Below the pieces are notes generated by a model, which did no database searches, had not been told where the DNA came from, and was given only the letters and a program-made list of their open reading frames with translations. The position numbers and the translations under genes were made by a program. Of a stretch of 64,000 nucleotides of DNA, positions 62,699 to 64,000 are shown piece after piece (positions within the stretch are counted from its first letter, which is position 1; each line of letters begins with the position of its first letter). Source of the DNA: Phoronis australis (lineage: Eukaryota; Animalia; Phoronida); the NCBI GenBank assembly GCA_002633005.1, contig NMRA01000289.1, positions 220,792 through 284,791 on the forward strand. Reading direction: 5' to 3'.

Positions 62699-64000
62699 GT
62701 AAGCGAATAATTAAGTACTTACGATAAGCAGAAACCGACACATTCTATGTTGATATAGATATGTATGCGGGCATAGGTAGATATACACATACATAAATTG
62801 ATCAGTGCAAGGCTGAGTTATGAAGCATGACTTTTTTGAAATTTATCCTAAATTTTTTTATAGTTTCAACTATTTTTCTAGTAAATTATGAAATAATCGA
62901 ATTTTCAACTGCTGAAAAACAAAGAAATGGGGTAGAACACATTAACACCTACTTATAAGTTCAGTTCTCTTTTTCTTCAGATTAATTTTAATACAAGCAA
63001 CAATTGAATTAGTAAACGTTTACAATGGGTAGCTCCATCTGGACGACTCTCCGAGTCTGGTTTTCCCTAATGCCAGTGTAAACTGCAAATCAATTGCCTT
63101 TACTGTAAACAGTTGCATAGCACTTTCCAACGGAATCATATTTCATCTATCTTATATGAGCTTATATGGGAAGCTGCGCTTATGTCCGGAAATAGCGCAC
63201 GCACTCATACGTTAAATACTTAAAAGGGCAACTAAACCACACCTTGTTAATAATCTACATTGAAATAAAGAAGCACCCGCAACAAAGTGCAATTGTAATA
63301 ACTTTTAAGCTGTGCTGCAACAAATCAAAAATCTAATTAGTGGAACATCTCATAATAGAGGGGGGGGGGACAGTTTGGCCTAACGCATACCCAGATTCCA
63401 GACGTTATCTTTGATACTGCTTTTCTAAACAAGTATACTGTAATAATATGAGAAATCAGATGAGACGAGATAGGACATAAGATTAAATAGAATGAGTTAA
63501 ATGATACAGGAAGTTCATGGTTTAGTTTTGTATATAATTGAGCTAATGAAGATAATGTAGTTTAAAAACGGCCATTCATATTTAAGATACATATAATAAG
63601 TAATGTCAAACAAAACATTTGTGATTCTACTGAAACTTAACAATTTTTCCTACGTCGGTATTGTTGGATATCTTAACTACAGTCTATGGTTGAGCTCCGT
63701 AGATACAACAATCTTGGGATGGAGGCTTGAGTGATCGTGTGCTTTGATTGCATATATTACGTAGCAAACATTTGAATAACCAGTTTGTTAATAATGTACA
63801 GTATCTCTAAAAATAGATTAGAAATGTTTTCTAGTCTTGACAAGTGCTGACATGTCGTTATTCGTGTGGTGTATCATTACAGGTATCACGCAGCTGTTCA
63901 TCTATTTCGTTGGGTGTAGTCCGTTACGTTAGAATTTGATTAATTCTGCTATCTATAAGGAAGTATTTGATTTAAAGCATTGAATAAGAAAAAAAATGTT

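Overview
This is eukaryotic, AT-rich, intron-containing invertebrate genomic DNA. A marine lophotrochozoan is my guess, which is inference only. Most ORFs in the supplied track are spurious. Two gene systems can be rebuilt from splice sites. (1) A two-exon, 340-aa two-pore-domain (K2P/TWK/KCNK-type) potassium channel, join(17175..17571,23975..24600), with its GYG filter split by a 6.4-kb intron. (2) A tandem array on the + strand (28.7 kb to past 64 kb) of a 4-exon gene encoding a 385-aa secreted protein: signal peptide + PAN/Apple domain + short N-glycosylated linker + olfactomedin (OLF) beta-propeller, with no coiled-coil or collagen stalk. The array holds two intact copies, one internally deleted pseudogene, one orphan 3' fragment and one copy running off the window. 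A further exon-1 copy is probably a haplotype assembly artefact at the single N (48461). The OLF domain has a conserved HHHH loop, extra cysteines and an Asp->Asn change at a canonical Ca2+ ligand. The remainder is transposon debris: a decayed Ty3/gypsy element in an intron, two THAP-bearing Kolobok-like elements, two Penelope-like fragments (one with a TSD, an inverted terminal segment and a hammerhead-ribozyme core), L1/Tx1-, CR1-like and HERO-like LINE remnants, and several palindromic MITEs.
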